A stretch of 64,000 bases of DNA. Source: an uncultured Bacilli bacterium. Its GTDB lineage: Bacteria; Bacillota_I; Bacilli_A; RF39; UBA660. Location: positions 12,186 to 76,185 of the forward strand of contig CAKPKL010000007.1 in the NCBI GenBank assembly GCA_934167485.1, in the 5' to 3' direction. The notes under the pieces were generated by a model. It was not told the origin of the DNA. It was given only the letters and a program-made list of their open reading frames with translations, and ran no database searches. Shown one piece after another: positions 27,601 through 36,844 of this stretch (within the stretch, counting starts at the first letter, position 1; each line of letters opens with the position of its first letter). The translations under genes and the position numbers were made by a program.

Positions 27601-28653
27601 GAGAAAGAACTTTTATATCATAAAAAATATAATTTACCATTTATAATAACACAACCTAAGATGAAACCAATTGATAATCCTAGTATGGTTTTTAAACCTA
27701 ATATAGAAGAATTTGATAATGAACTATATACAAATGATTTAAATAAAATTTTAAATATATTAGATTCTAATGTGAAAATAAATAAAGAAAATGATATATA
27801 TACAGGAAGGGAAGTAGCTCTTATTACAGATTGTCATTCTATGTATGAACCAACAATAGAAGTATTGGAAGATACAAGAAAAAGAGGTATATCAGAGATA
27901 TATTCTTTAGGTGACAATGTTGGTCTTGGTCCAAACCCTGAAGAAGTATTTGATATGCTTGAAGAATATGGTGTTAAAACAATTTCAGGAAATAGTGAAT
28001 ATTATAATACTCTTGGTATAGAGCCTTTTGATTATTTTGATAATCAAAAGATAGAAAATCAAGAATGGACTTACAATAAACTTGGTACATATAGAATAAA
28101 TAAAATGAAATTGTATCAACCATCTTTAGATATATGTGTGGGAAATAAAAAGATAGCGCTTTGTCATTTTGCTAATGATATTAGGTGGGATTATCCAGTA
28201 CATAGCACTTGGTCATATCAAGGAAATTATAAATATGGAACTGCTTCACAACAATTTTTATATACAAATAGTGATGAAGCTTTAAGAAAAATAGATAATT
28301 GTATTACAAGTCATAAAAAAACAGATAAATTTATAAAAGGATATTTATCAGCAAAACAAGAACCATTATTTAATGGTAAATTAGTAACAGATTATGATGC
28401 AGTATTTCAAGGACATGTACATTTTGATATGAAGGATAAATTAAATAATACCGATATATATACATTAAGAGCTGTTGGAATGGGGTATGAGGAAGATCCT
28501 AAAAATACTGCATGTTATTATATTTTAAAAGAGAAGAAAGATGGTACATTTGATGTAGAAAAGAAATTGATAAAATTTAATAAAAATTTATTACTATCAA
28601 ATGTAAAATCAAGTGGAATACCACATAAAGAAAAAATATTAAATTTTTTATAA
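24691..28653 (+). CDS. Giant protein (1320 aa): ~1000 aa of helical repeats plus a C-terminal calcineurin-like metallophosphoesterase domain
   Basis: The full MPE motif set is present: ITDCHS (D-x-H), LGDNVGLG (GDxxG), SGNSEYY (GN-x-E), LCHF, QGHVHFD (GHxH). I recognise no motif in the N-terminal region. Confidence 0.8.
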   Translation: MLITSKNILRILEDDSIPLSEKDDIVEKNKYVLEHSFNKLTNEQIINYLLNSKIPKSAKRVLSNNIDSLKEKSKNKRRLFIKKLFEDSINFWTLNYYDKKDKKNLIRLDNIKKEFVKQNKVRESDLYHDYIPKSIKEIIISDIYKGDLNKLICESTLPIKLKKEIIDIVYDDNNCVDLLTDLKNDDLKNYILHTKFNSINGIAFAIASLRLDDECKKYIAKNRINVYNIYEIAIQFSYITQYKQFIIENCYPILQECIKKIPRRKLFRKLYDSRNRDFMSDLIVEQREEDINKQMKKIIFPFSFNEKVLSSQNEKLIKLAIKKHPYKLILTILFSNGEETLEWLNIDSISNEFKNFIVKISSPKINRTIKKIKSNYIIYKFMTKDSSLPKQLQDRILNIRKNSIVQQIDKLDDRNVAHLLSDNLFIDSIRDLIIKLKINENNIIDILSNIEDENVMCNIIEEKNDIIKKILNSLDNDQLFKLNKIYNGKLKNNIIFSNETYFISRLKQVDEVTLYNKLDDLKTDMMIKYVILKIMGMEEADIIDCLMLINIIDSRTVIYNYKVIKEFIENCNVSFSAFVQYGSGTEKHREWLSKILNIINDDKSKDFIKVKEYMFNNFYGDDKYKENMVSTISNFLELLDNFSDNYDVLISLVSNNRKLIPKDRLNLQFIFNNKLSCENIDQISDMRINLYEKYKKIINDPNSSLNSLKQVCHELIFKQAVDTLSSIGGVRTLVMLKNEYNESSDICKLIDELIVYSKIIEKLSTTKDEIGLRNSLKYIFGNDYNDLMRYENIFSQFDKKVLKLFELDSKYNLTHIEDARKIDGTLDLKLCSKYGGEVFDFSDKNYCLYAHVLSFEEKVENLLRGKSDGYSNFISVSPISYLGQKYYYDYSNMILAFDNIPRGSFICSSVSNMGSNSDIKHNSFEVRNVCRTQRGILETSAVTKNNSEALLYREGLKPCGIILINGKIPTEKELLYHKKYNLPFIITQPKMKPIDNPSMVFKPNIEEFDNELYTNDLNKILNILDSNVKINKENDIYTGREVALITDCHSMYEPTIEVLEDTRKRGISEIYSLGDNVGLGPNPEEVFDMLEEYGVKTISGNSEYYNTLGIEPFDYFDNQKIENQEWTYNKLGTYRINKMKLYQPSLDICVGNKKIALCHFANDIRWDYPVHSTWSYQGNYKYGTASQQFLYTNSDEALRKIDNCITSHKKTDKFIKGYLSAKQEPLFNGKLVTDYDAVFQGHVHFDMKDKLNNTDIYTLRAVGMGYEEDPKNTACYYILKEKKDGTFDVEKKLIKFNKNLLLSNVKSSGIPHKEKILNFL

Positions 28654-28663
28654 GAGGAGATTT

Positions 28664-30343
28664 ATGAATAAAATAGATAATATAATGTATTATTTTGATG
28701 GAAATTTTGCTTTTGCTTTATTTATATCAGATTTTCTTTATAATGAAGAAAAAAATTCATATTATATATGTAAAAAAGAATATATAAATGCAGCAAAGGT
28801 TGGTTGTATTAGTAATATTCTTTTAGCTATTAAAGAAGATTTAATTGAAAAAAAAGAAAATGTAAATTATGAGTCAAGAATATTTTTAGATGAATTAGAA
28901 AGTTCAGTAGAAATTTTAGCTACTAAAACAAAAAATGGTTACTCCATAAACAATTATGAATTTAGTGATGCTCCAAGTCTAGTAGCTTTTCTTAGGAATA
29001 AAATCGCACATGGAGATTTTACACTAGATTTATCACATACAAGAATAATAATAAATAGTGATGGGAAAGAGATTATTATAAATATAAATAAGCTTAGTTC
29101 ATTTATTAATCACGCAGCTATAAATTATTCTAGAAGAATACAAAAAAAAGAGTATACAAGAAGTTTTTTTATAACAGAGAAACAGGATAAAAAAAGAACA
29201 AAACCTATAACAAGTAAGGATGAATTAAAAAAATTTATAAAGACTTATTATGAAATTAGATTTGATCTTAAAAGAATTGATGGAAAAGATGTAGAAAAGT
29301 ATATAGCTAATGAATTTGAATATGTAATAAATAGTTTTAAAAAAGATTTAGATTTAAAAAAATTAATGAATTTTAAAAATAAGATAAAAAGTGAATATTA
29401 CTTTGATTGGAAAAGAATAAAAGTTGATAGTAAAAAATTAGATGCTGCATCAGAAAGCATTATAAATATAATTCCAACAGACATTAATTATAAGATTCAA
29501 GTTTATTCTATATCGCAAGAGTTAATAGGATGGTTAAATCCTCTTTATCAAAAATATAATTCAATTTTAGCAAGTTCAAATAATTTATTATTATTAGATG
29601 CAATTTATAAAATAGGTACTTATAACAAAAAAGAATTATTAGGATATATTGTTACAAATCATGGTAATTTATATTTTAATCAAGACTATATGGCCAGTAC
29701 ATCTATTAGTTTATTTAATGCATTATTTTCATATCCCTTTGACGATATATATAAAAATACACATGAGTTTACAAATGAGAACAATACTGGGTTAGATTAT
29801 TCCTTATTAGATTTGAGATATATGAAAGTAGAAAAACATACAATTGAAACCCCTATAAAAAATGAACTTATAACAAGTAAATTAGCAAAACAAAAAGAAT
29901 TGCAAAAATTGAAAGAAAAGTATGAAGAATTATCTATTAGTCTAAAAAATGTAAAAGATAAAAATAATTCAAATGCAATCAAAAAAATAAATAAATTAAT
30001 ATATAATATAGATAAGTGTATTGATGAAAAAATAAATGAAATAAAATCTATAGATAAAAGGCTATTTGAGGTATTAGAATATATAAATAACAATAAAAAT
30101 TATTTAAAGAATAAAGCTATTATAGAGGGTATTAGAAATTCTATCGCACATGGAAATTATAGAGTAGAATTAGACGGAAATATGGAAAATTCTAAAATGA
30201 TTTTTGAAGATATATATAATAATGAACTTACATTTAAGGGTACAATATCAATTCAAAAGTTTTTACAAATGATAATTTATAATTGTACATTTATAAATGA
30301 TTTTATAAAACAAAAACAAAAAATATCTTTTAAAGTTAAGTAG
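28664..30343 (+). CDS. Tandem HEPN-like protein (559 aa) with two RNxxAHG motifs
   Basis: LRNKIAHGDF (R111/H116, nt 28994-29011) and IRNSIAHGNY (R491/H496, nt 30134-30151). Both fit the HEPN Rx4-6H signature. A helical/coiled-coil spacer lies between them. RBS gaggag. Confidence 0.7.
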   Translation: MNKIDNIMYYFDGNFAFALFISDFLYNEEKNSYYICKKEYINAAKVGCISNILLAIKEDLIEKKENVNYESRIFLDELESSVEILATKTKNGYSINNYEFSDAPSLVAFLRNKIAHGDFTLDLSHTRIIINSDGKEIIININKLSSFINHAAINYSRRIQKKEYTRSFFITEKQDKKRTKPITSKDELKKFIKTYYEIRFDLKRIDGKDVEKYIANEFEYVINSFKKDLDLKKLMNFKNKIKSEYYFDWKRIKVDSKKLDAASESIINIIPTDINYKIQVYSISQELIGWLNPLYQKYNSILASSNNLLLLDAIYKIGTYNKKELLGYIVTNHGNLYFNQDYMASTSISLFNALFSYPFDDIYKNTHEFTNENNTGLDYSLLDLRYMKVEKHTIETPIKNELITSKLAKQKELQKLKEKYEELSISLKNVKDKNNSNAIKKINKLIYNIDKCIDEKINEIKSIDKRLFEVLEYINNNKNYLKNKAIIEGIRNSIAHGNYRVELDGNMENSKMIFEDIYNNELTFKGTISIQKFLQMIIYNCTFINDFIKQKQKISFKVK

Positions 30344-30392
30344 AATTAATTGAATAAAAGTGTTATACTATAAATAGTAATGAGGTGAAGTT

Positions 30393-31499
30393 ATGAAGAA
30401 AGTTGTAATAGGCATGAGTGGCGGAGTAGATTCATCTGTAGCAGCTATAAAATTAAAAGAGCAAGGATATGAAGTAATAGGACTTTTTATGCGTAATTGG
30501 GATTCTTTTACAGATGGTGAGTATGAAGGTGCCCCTGTATCAAGTAAAGGAATTTGTCCACAAGAGGTTGATTATAACGACGCTAAAGCTGTATGTGATA
30601 AAATTGGTATTCCACTTTATAGAAAAGATTTTATAAAAGAATATTGGGATTATGTTTTTACATACTTTCTTGATGAACTAAAAAAAGGTAGGACACCTAA
30701 TCCAGATATAATGTGTAATAAATATATAAAATTTGATATGTTTGCTAAAGAAGCACAAAAATTAGGAGCAGATTATATTGCTACAGGACATTATGCAAGA
30801 ATAGAAAATGGAAAATTATTAAAAGCAGTTGATGAAAACAAAGACCAAACTTATTTTTTATCTCAGGTAAGTCGTGAACAATTAAAAAATGTATTATTTC
30901 CAATAGGCGATATGTTAAAACCTGATGTAAGAAAAATAGCAGAAAAATATGATTTAATAACGGCAGAAAAAAAAGATTCAACTGGTATTTGTTTTATAGG
31001 AGAGAGAAATTTTAATAATTTTTTAAAAAATTATTTACCTAATACTCCAGGTGATGTCGTAAACATTGATACAAATGAAGTAATAGGTAAACATATAGGA
31101 CTTATGTATTATACTATAGGGCAAAGAAGAGGTCTTGATATAGGTGGTACAAAAGATAGAATGTTTGTAGTAGGAAAAGATTTAGAAAAAAATATTTTAT
31201 ATATTTGTATTGGTGATGATAATGATTATTTAATATCAGATTCTTGTATAATTGAAGATATAAATTATTTGGAAAAAGAAAAAATAACAAAATGTAATGC
31301 TAAGTTTAGATATAGACAAAAGGATATACCAGTAGAATTAGAATGGTTAGATAATAATCAAATATTAGTTAAGTATCCACAAGGTGTTAAAAGAGTAACA
31401 CCAGGACAAGCTTGTGTGCTTTATGATGGTGTAGAGTGCCTTGGTGGAGGTATTATTAAAGAAGTAAGAAAAAATGGCAAAAAACTTTGGTATTTATAA
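30393..31499 (+). CDS. mnmA: tRNA-specific 2-thiouridylase MnmA
   Basis: PP-loop GMSGGVDSS and conserved blocks (NPDIMCN, ATGHYAR, DQTYFL). Confidence 0.92.
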   Translation: MKKVVIGMSGGVDSSVAAIKLKEQGYEVIGLFMRNWDSFTDGEYEGAPVSSKGICPQEVDYNDAKAVCDKIGIPLYRKDFIKEYWDYVFTYFLDELKKGRTPNPDIMCNKYIKFDMFAKEAQKLGADYIATGHYARIENGKLLKAVDENKDQTYFLSQVSREQLKNVLFPIGDMLKPDVRKIAEKYDLITAEKKDSTGICFIGERNFNNFLKNYLPNTPGDVVNIDTNEVIGKHIGLMYYTIGQRRGLDIGGTKDRMFVVGKDLEKNILYICIGDDNDYLISDSCIIEDINYLEKEKITKCNAKFRYRQKDIPVELEWLDNNQILVKYPQGVKRVTPGQACVLYDGVECLGGGIIKEVRKNGKKLWYL

Positions 31500-31585
31500 A
31501 AAAGTTTTTGTCTTTTTTTTGGGCATATATACATTCTAAAAATTTAAATATTCATATAAATATAATAGCGAATATGGAGGAATAT

Positions 31586-32341
31586 ATGGATATTTTTATA
31601 GGAATTATTATTCCCTTTATTGGAACAACTTTAGGTTCTGGAATGGTTTTTTTATTAAAAAATAAGATTAATGATAACATAAATAAATTGTTACTTGGTT
31701 TTGCAAGTGGAGTAATGTTAGCAGCAAGTATTTGGTCACTTCTAATGCCATCCATAGACATGGCTACATCACAAGGTATTGTTTCTTGGTTTCCAGCATC
31801 ACTTGGATTTGTTCTAGGAGTTATATCCTTAATTGTTTTAGATTATTTTATTCCAAAATTAAATAATTTAAAATTTAAATTAAGTAAAAATGCTAAATTA
31901 GCATTAGTTGTAACTCTTCATAATATACCAGAAGGAATGGCAGTTGGAGTTGTTTTTGCAGGACTTATATCAGGAGATACATCAATAACCTTCGCCGCAG
32001 CTTTAGCGCTTAGTATAGGTATAGCAATCCAAAATTTTCCTGAAGGTGCAATTATATCAATGCCACTTAAAAGTTCTGGGGATAGTAAGTTAAAATCATT
32101 TATAATTGGAACTTTATCAGGTGCCGTAGAACCTATTTTTGCTATTATTACCATCTTACTTATAAATGTAATAACTCCCATTTTACCTTATTTATTATCT
32201 TATGCAGCAGGATGCATGCTATATGTTGTTGTAGAAGAATTATTGCCAGATGCACACAATAATGATAAATTTAAGTTAACTGTATCTGGAACAACTTTAG
32301 GATTTGTATTAATGATGATACTTGATATAGCTTTGGGATAA
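31586..32341 (+). CDS. ZIP-family metal (zinc) transporter, ZupT-like
   Basis: HNIPEGMAVG and QNFPEGAI motifs with multiple TM segments. I chose the ATG at 31586 because of the ggagga RBS. Confidence 0.8.
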   Translation: MDIFIGIIIPFIGTTLGSGMVFLLKNKINDNINKLLLGFASGVMLAASIWSLLMPSIDMATSQGIVSWFPASLGFVLGVISLIVLDYFIPKLNNLKFKLSKNAKLALVVTLHNIPEGMAVGVVFAGLISGDTSITFAAALALSIGIAIQNFPEGAIISMPLKSSGDSKLKSFIIGTLSGAVEPIFAIITILLINVITPILPYLLSYAAGCMLYVVVEELLPDAHNNDKFKLTVSGTTLGFVLMMILDIALG

Positions 32342-32408
32342 ACAACTAATAGTTGTTTTTTTTAGTACTAGTATGATATAATTGTATGGTATGGAGAATA
32401 GTGATAAA

Positions 32409-32870
32409 ATGAAAAAAATATTATCATTTATAGTTTATAAAAATAAATTTTTACTTCTAAAAGGTAGTGAAAAAGACCCACAATTTAAAGAATCTTTTTG
32501 GTATGTAGTAACAGGTTCTAAAGAGAATATAGATAAAACTTTAATTGATACTGTAAAAAGAGAAGTAAAAGAAGAAACAAATTTAAAAGTCAAAGATTTA
32601 AAATATTTAAACTTAATATTTAAATATAAATCTTTAGATTATTTATGTGAAGAGTATTGTTATGTTTCTTATGTAGATTCACTTGATGTAATATTAAATG
32701 AAGAAAGTATTGATTATTGTTGGTGTAGTAAAGATGAGTTTTTAAATAAAATAAAGTTATATATAAAAAGAGAAGAAATGAATAATATTTTAGATTCTAT
32801 TTTAAATAATAAAATTCCTTATGAAAAAGAGACAATTTATTATATAGGAGCGGAAAATGAAAATAGTTGA
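32409..32870 (+). CDS. NUDIX hydrolase
   Basis: Nudix-box-like GSKENIDKTLIDTVKREVKEETNL. The start is uncertain (32382, 32391 or 32409). Confidence 0.65.
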   Translation: MKKILSFIVYKNKFLLLKGSEKDPQFKESFWYVVTGSKENIDKTLIDTVKREVKEETNLKVKDLKYLNLIFKYKSLDYLCEEYCYVSYVDSLDVILNEESIDYCWCSKDEFLNKIKLYIKREEMNNILDSILNNKIPYEKETIYYIGAENENS

Positions 32871-33354
32871 ATATGAAGATAAGTATTTAGAAAACGTTAA
32901 AGATTTACTTGTTGAACTTGAAGAATATTTAGTAGAAATAGATCAAGATAACTTAGATAGAGTACATCAGGAATATAGGAATAAGATGGCTAAATTAGAT
33001 TTAGAAGAAGTAAATAAAAATAGTGGTAAGTGTTATTTGGCTATTCAAGATGGTAAAGTTATAGGGCTTATTATGGGTATAGTAAGAAAGTATGATGAAT
33101 TTGATTATCTTGATTATAAATGCCCTAAAACAGGTGTAATAACAGAATTAATAGTTACAAAACAAACTAGAAACAATGGAACAGGAAAAATACTTATTGA
33201 AACTATGGAAAAATATTTTAAATCTATTAAGTGTGAATATGTTTTAGTAGATGTTTTTGCCTATAATATGAGTGGTGTTAATTTTTATAACAATAGAGGT
33301 TATCATAATAGAATGCATACAATGATAAAAAATATAGAGGGAAAAGTGGAGTAA
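32857..33354 (+). CDS. GNAT-family N-acetyltransferase
   Basis: The acetyl-CoA motif region VTKQTRNNGTGKILIE. Size is 165 aa. Confidence 0.7.
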   Translation: MKIVEYEDKYLENVKDLLVELEEYLVEIDQDNLDRVHQEYRNKMAKLDLEEVNKNSGKCYLAIQDGKVIGLIMGIVRKYDEFDYLDYKCPKTGVITELIVTKQTRNNGTGKILIETMEKYFKSIKCEYVLVDVFAYNMSGVNFYNNRGYHNRMHTMIKNIEGKVE

Positions 33355-34160
33355 TGAAAACAGTAGTAATAACAGGAAGTGCTAGAGGTCTTGGATTTGA
33401 AATGGCCAAAGTATTTAAAAGAAACAATGTAAATGTAGTTATAAGTGATTTAGAAGAAGAAAAATTAATAGAAGCAAAAGAAGAACTAGAAAAAATTGAA
33501 AGTGATTCTAAAGTTGAATACTGTGTTTGTAATGTTATTCATTCATTTGATATTAAAAAACTTATAAATTTTGCTAAAATTAGTTTTGATAGTATAGATA
33601 TATGGATTAATAATGCTGGTGTAAATCAACCAGATAAAGCTATATGGGAACTTAAAGAATCTGAAATAAACCAGATGATAGACGTAGATTTAAGAGCAGT
33701 TATAATATCTTGTAAATTAGTAGAAGAGTTTATGATAAAACAAGGTAGTGGAGCTATTTACAATATTGAAGGTTATGGAAGTAATGATGCTAAAATGTTA
33801 GGACTTTCTATATATGGTACAACTAAAAGGGGAATAACATATTTTACAGAGGCACTTACTTTAGAAAATAAAGTAAAAAATACTGGAATAATAATAGGAA
33901 AATTAAGCCCTGGTATAATGATTACAGATTTTATAACAAACTCTTTAGGAAATAAAAATAAAATAAATTTGAATGAAAAAACAAAAAAAGTTTATAATAT
34001 ACTAGGTGATTATCCAGATGTTGTCGCAAATTTTTTAGTAAAAGGAATATTAAATAATACTAAAAATGGTAAAAAAATAGAATGGTTAACTAATAGAAAA
34101 GCGGCTTTTAGATTTATAACAGCAATGTTTAATAAAAGAGATTTTTTTAATGATAAATAA
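33354..34160 (+). CDS. Short-chain dehydrogenase/reductase (SDR)
   Basis: TGSARGLG (TGxxxGxG), NNAG, YGTTK (YxxxK). Confidence 0.85.
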   Translation: MKTVVITGSARGLGFEMAKVFKRNNVNVVISDLEEEKLIEAKEELEKIESDSKVEYCVCNVIHSFDIKKLINFAKISFDSIDIWINNAGVNQPDKAIWELKESEINQMIDVDLRAVIISCKLVEEFMIKQGSGAIYNIEGYGSNDAKMLGLSIYGTTKRGITYFTEALTLENKVKNTGIIIGKLSPGIMITDFITNSLGNKNKINLNEKTKKVYNILGDYPDVVANFLVKGILNNTKNGKKIEWLTNRKAAFRFITAMFNKRDFFNDK

Positions 34161-34512
34161 AGATATTCAATTGAATAATTTATCAAAATCAAAGTTTAGA
34201 AGTAGTTTTAAATTACATCAAAAAGATATAGATTATATAAATCGTATAGGCTTTGATAAATTAAGGTGTCATGCATATGATTTTATAACTAATAGAATAG
34301 CCACTTTAAATCAAAATGATGGTAGACAAACACCTACTAAAGGACATCCAGTATTCATCGCACAACATGCAACTGCTACATGTTGTAGAGGCTGTATTAA
34401 TAAATGGTATGGTATAGAAAAAACTAAAGATTTAAGTAAAGAAGAGATTGATTATATAGTTGATATAATAATGAAATGGATTTTAAAAGAGTATAATAGG
34501 ATGAATAAATGA
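34150..34512 (+). CDS. DUF4186-family protein
   Basis: HPVFIAQHATATCCRGCINKWY matches my recollection of the DUF4186 signature. Confidence 0.6.
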   Translation: MINKDIQLNNLSKSKFRSSFKLHQKDIDYINRIGFDKLRCHAYDFITNRIATLNQNDGRQTPTKGHPVFIAQHATATCCRGCINKWYGIEKTKDLSKEEIDYIVDIIMKWILKEYNRMNK

Positions 34513-34698
34513 TTTTACGTAAAAAAAGTAAAATATAGATACAGTAAAAAAACGGATTGAAATTTCAATTCTTTTTTAGTATAATGAGTATAGTTAGTAT
34601 AAGAAGGTAGGTATAGAAATGAGGGGGCTTTGGCAACTATTTAGACCACTTTTACAGAGGGTATCTTACCCCAAAGTATAAATAGAAAGAAGAATAAT

Positions 34699-36041
34699 AT
34701 GAAAAAAGGATTTACATTAATAGAACTTTTAGCGGTTATAGTAATACTTGCAATCATCGCACTTATAGCCACACCAATAGTATTAGATATAATAGACAGT
34801 AGCAAAAAAATAGCAATATCAGAAGTGCTGAAATATATATGGATGCAGTAAAAACAACTTTAACTAAAAACCAATTAGATGGTAAGATATTGAATGATGG
34901 TTTTTATAGTATAAGTGAGGTAGATATTAAATTAAATGGAGATAAACCTAGTATGGGTTATTTTGAAATTAGAAATGGCAATGTAGAAAGATATAATGTA
35001 ACAATAAATAATCAGGAAATTGATAGTGAACAGTATGATGTTTGGAATGGTATAGAAAAATCTATACTTGAAGATAATAACTCATATTATATAAACACAT
35101 CTAGTGAATTAGCCTGGATATCTAATGAAGTAAATAATGGCAATAAATTTGAAGGAAAGATTATTTATTTGAACAATAATTTAGATTTAAATAATAAAGA
35201 ATGGACACCAATAGGAAATAGTGATAATAAATTTTTAGGTACATTTGAAGGTAACAATCATATTATTAAAAATCTTTATATAAATGATGAAAATCAAACT
35301 AAAACGAAACAAGGCTTGTTTGGTGATTTTGATGGTACTTTAAATAATTTGATATTAATTAATGTTAAAATTACTTCGCAAAGAGTAATAGGTGCATTTG
35401 CAGGAGGTTCTAGAGAAAATGCTAAATTTAATAATTTATTACTCTATAATGCATATTTGAAAGGAAAAATTGATGATATGACTGATGCAAAATATGGATA
35501 TTCTATGGGAGGAATAGTAGGTCAGTTTTCATCTGATATATATAATTCTAAAGTAATTAATTTAGATATAGAAGGTTCATCATATTTAGGAGGATTAATT
35601 GGTAGAGGAGTTATAAGTGATAGTACAAAGAAACAACAGGTAGTAATAGATAACTGTGAAGTAATAGATTCCAAAATATATTCAAATGGTTCAATTGGAA
35701 ATCAATTTAATTTTTCGAGAACAGGTGGTTTAGTAGGCCAAGCAATGAATTCATTAATAACAAATTCTAGATCTTTTGCTACAATTAATTCAAAATATTC
35801 TACTGTAGGAGGGTTTATAGGTGAAAGCTATACTTCGATTGTAGAAAACAATTATTCAAATTCTAAAATAAGTTCAGAATCAGAAGATGATTTGGGTTAT
35901 TTTATTGGTTATGTTAAAGATACGCAAATAATAAATAATATTATAGATTCTAAAAGTACTATAAATAATGTAGAGACTTTAGAAGATAAATTAGTAGGTA
36001 CTAACATAGAAAGCACATTAGAAGGCAATTTGATAAAATAA
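34699..36041 (+). pseudogene. Prepilin-type N-terminal domain protein with GLUG-motif repeats, interrupted by a frameshift at an A7 tract (34804-34810)
   Basis: The ATG at 34699 encodes MKKGFTLIELLAVIVILAIIALIATPIVLDIIDSSKK, then stops at 34849-34851. One extra A would join it to the 34839-36041 frame, giving ...SKKNSNIRSAEIYMDAVKTT. That parallels DSKNSSIKRSIELYADAVENS in the paralog at 58543. GGLIG/GGLVG/GGFIG/GGIVG repeats follow. Confidence 0.75.
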
Positions 36042-36084
36042 ACTTTCTTTTTACAAAAAAACTATTGAATTATCAATAGTTTTT

Positions 36085-36744
36085 TTAGTTTATTAAAGTA
36101 TTAACATCTGTTTTACTTCCATCAGAACTTATAAGATAAGTTGTATAACCACCATTATCCTCAGTAACAATACTAGAAATATTACTTGTTTCTAATTTAG
36201 TAGGTTGAATATTTCCAAGTATTAAATCACCAATACTAATATAAGATACAGTTTTCTCTTCATTAATCATTAATATTCCATATTTAAGATTATTTGGTGT
36301 AATAGATTGACCATAATTATTATTATATATAGAATCAACATTTGAAATATTTAGTTTTAGCCATTTTGATGAACTGTCTAGAGTAGATGAAGTTACAACT
36401 TTTAAATTTCCAAAATCATAATCTTTATAACTTTCTCTTGTTTTTATTAATGTTTGAAATTTATCATTGCCATATACAGTATTAATTTTTGAAGTAGAAT
36501 CATATATATTAACATAAACTTCACCATTATATAAAACAGCATGTCCTGATATAGGTGATAATTCTAGAACTTGATAATAGTCTTCAATACTTTCATCTTT
36601 ATTTAAATCTTTTTCATTTATTTCATCTTTTTTATTTTGATTATTCAAAGCTTTATCATATATTATAAAAGATCCTAAAACTACTGAAATTATAATAAAA
36701 ATAATTAGTGCTATAATAAGTCCATTATTCTTTTTACCATCCAT
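36085..36744 (-). CDS. Membrane-anchored hypothetical protein
   Basis: The ATG at 36744 has RBS aggag. There is an N-terminal TM segment (GLIIALIIFIIISVVLGSFII). Confidence 0.6.
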   Translation of the reverse strand: MDGKKNNGLIIALIIFIIISVVLGSFIIYDKALNNQNKKDEINEKDLNKDESIEDYYQVLELSPISGHAVLYNGEVYVNIYDSTSKINTVYGNDKFQTLIKTRESYKDYDFGNLKVVTSSTLDSSSKWLKLNISNVDSIYNNNYGQSITPNNLKYGILMINEEKTVSYISIGDLILGNIQPTKLETSNISSIVTEDNGGYTTYLISSDGSKTDVNTLIN

Positions 36745-36844
36745 ATAATACTCCTTTCTATTATAATTATAGCACATACAACTAAAGAAACAAATATTCA
36801 TATAATAAAATTTAAATCATACTATTTATTGATAGGAGGAATTT

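Noticed and set aside
28664-30343. Could the tandem-HEPN protein be a miniature Cas13?
   Set aside because: I saw no direct-repeat array, cas1/cas2 or other cas genes anywhere in the 64 kb. The flanking spacers are only tens of nt long, and the protein is far smaller than known Cas13 families. I kept it as a dual-HEPN protein of unknown type.
34560-34698. Leader of the GLUG pilin-like gene, considered as a c-di-GMP riboswitch by analogy with clostridial pilin genes.
   Set aside because: I found no GEMM-I or GEMM-II conserved core (for example the GGCAAA / ACGCACAGGGCAAACC type blocks) and no terminator or sequestering helix.
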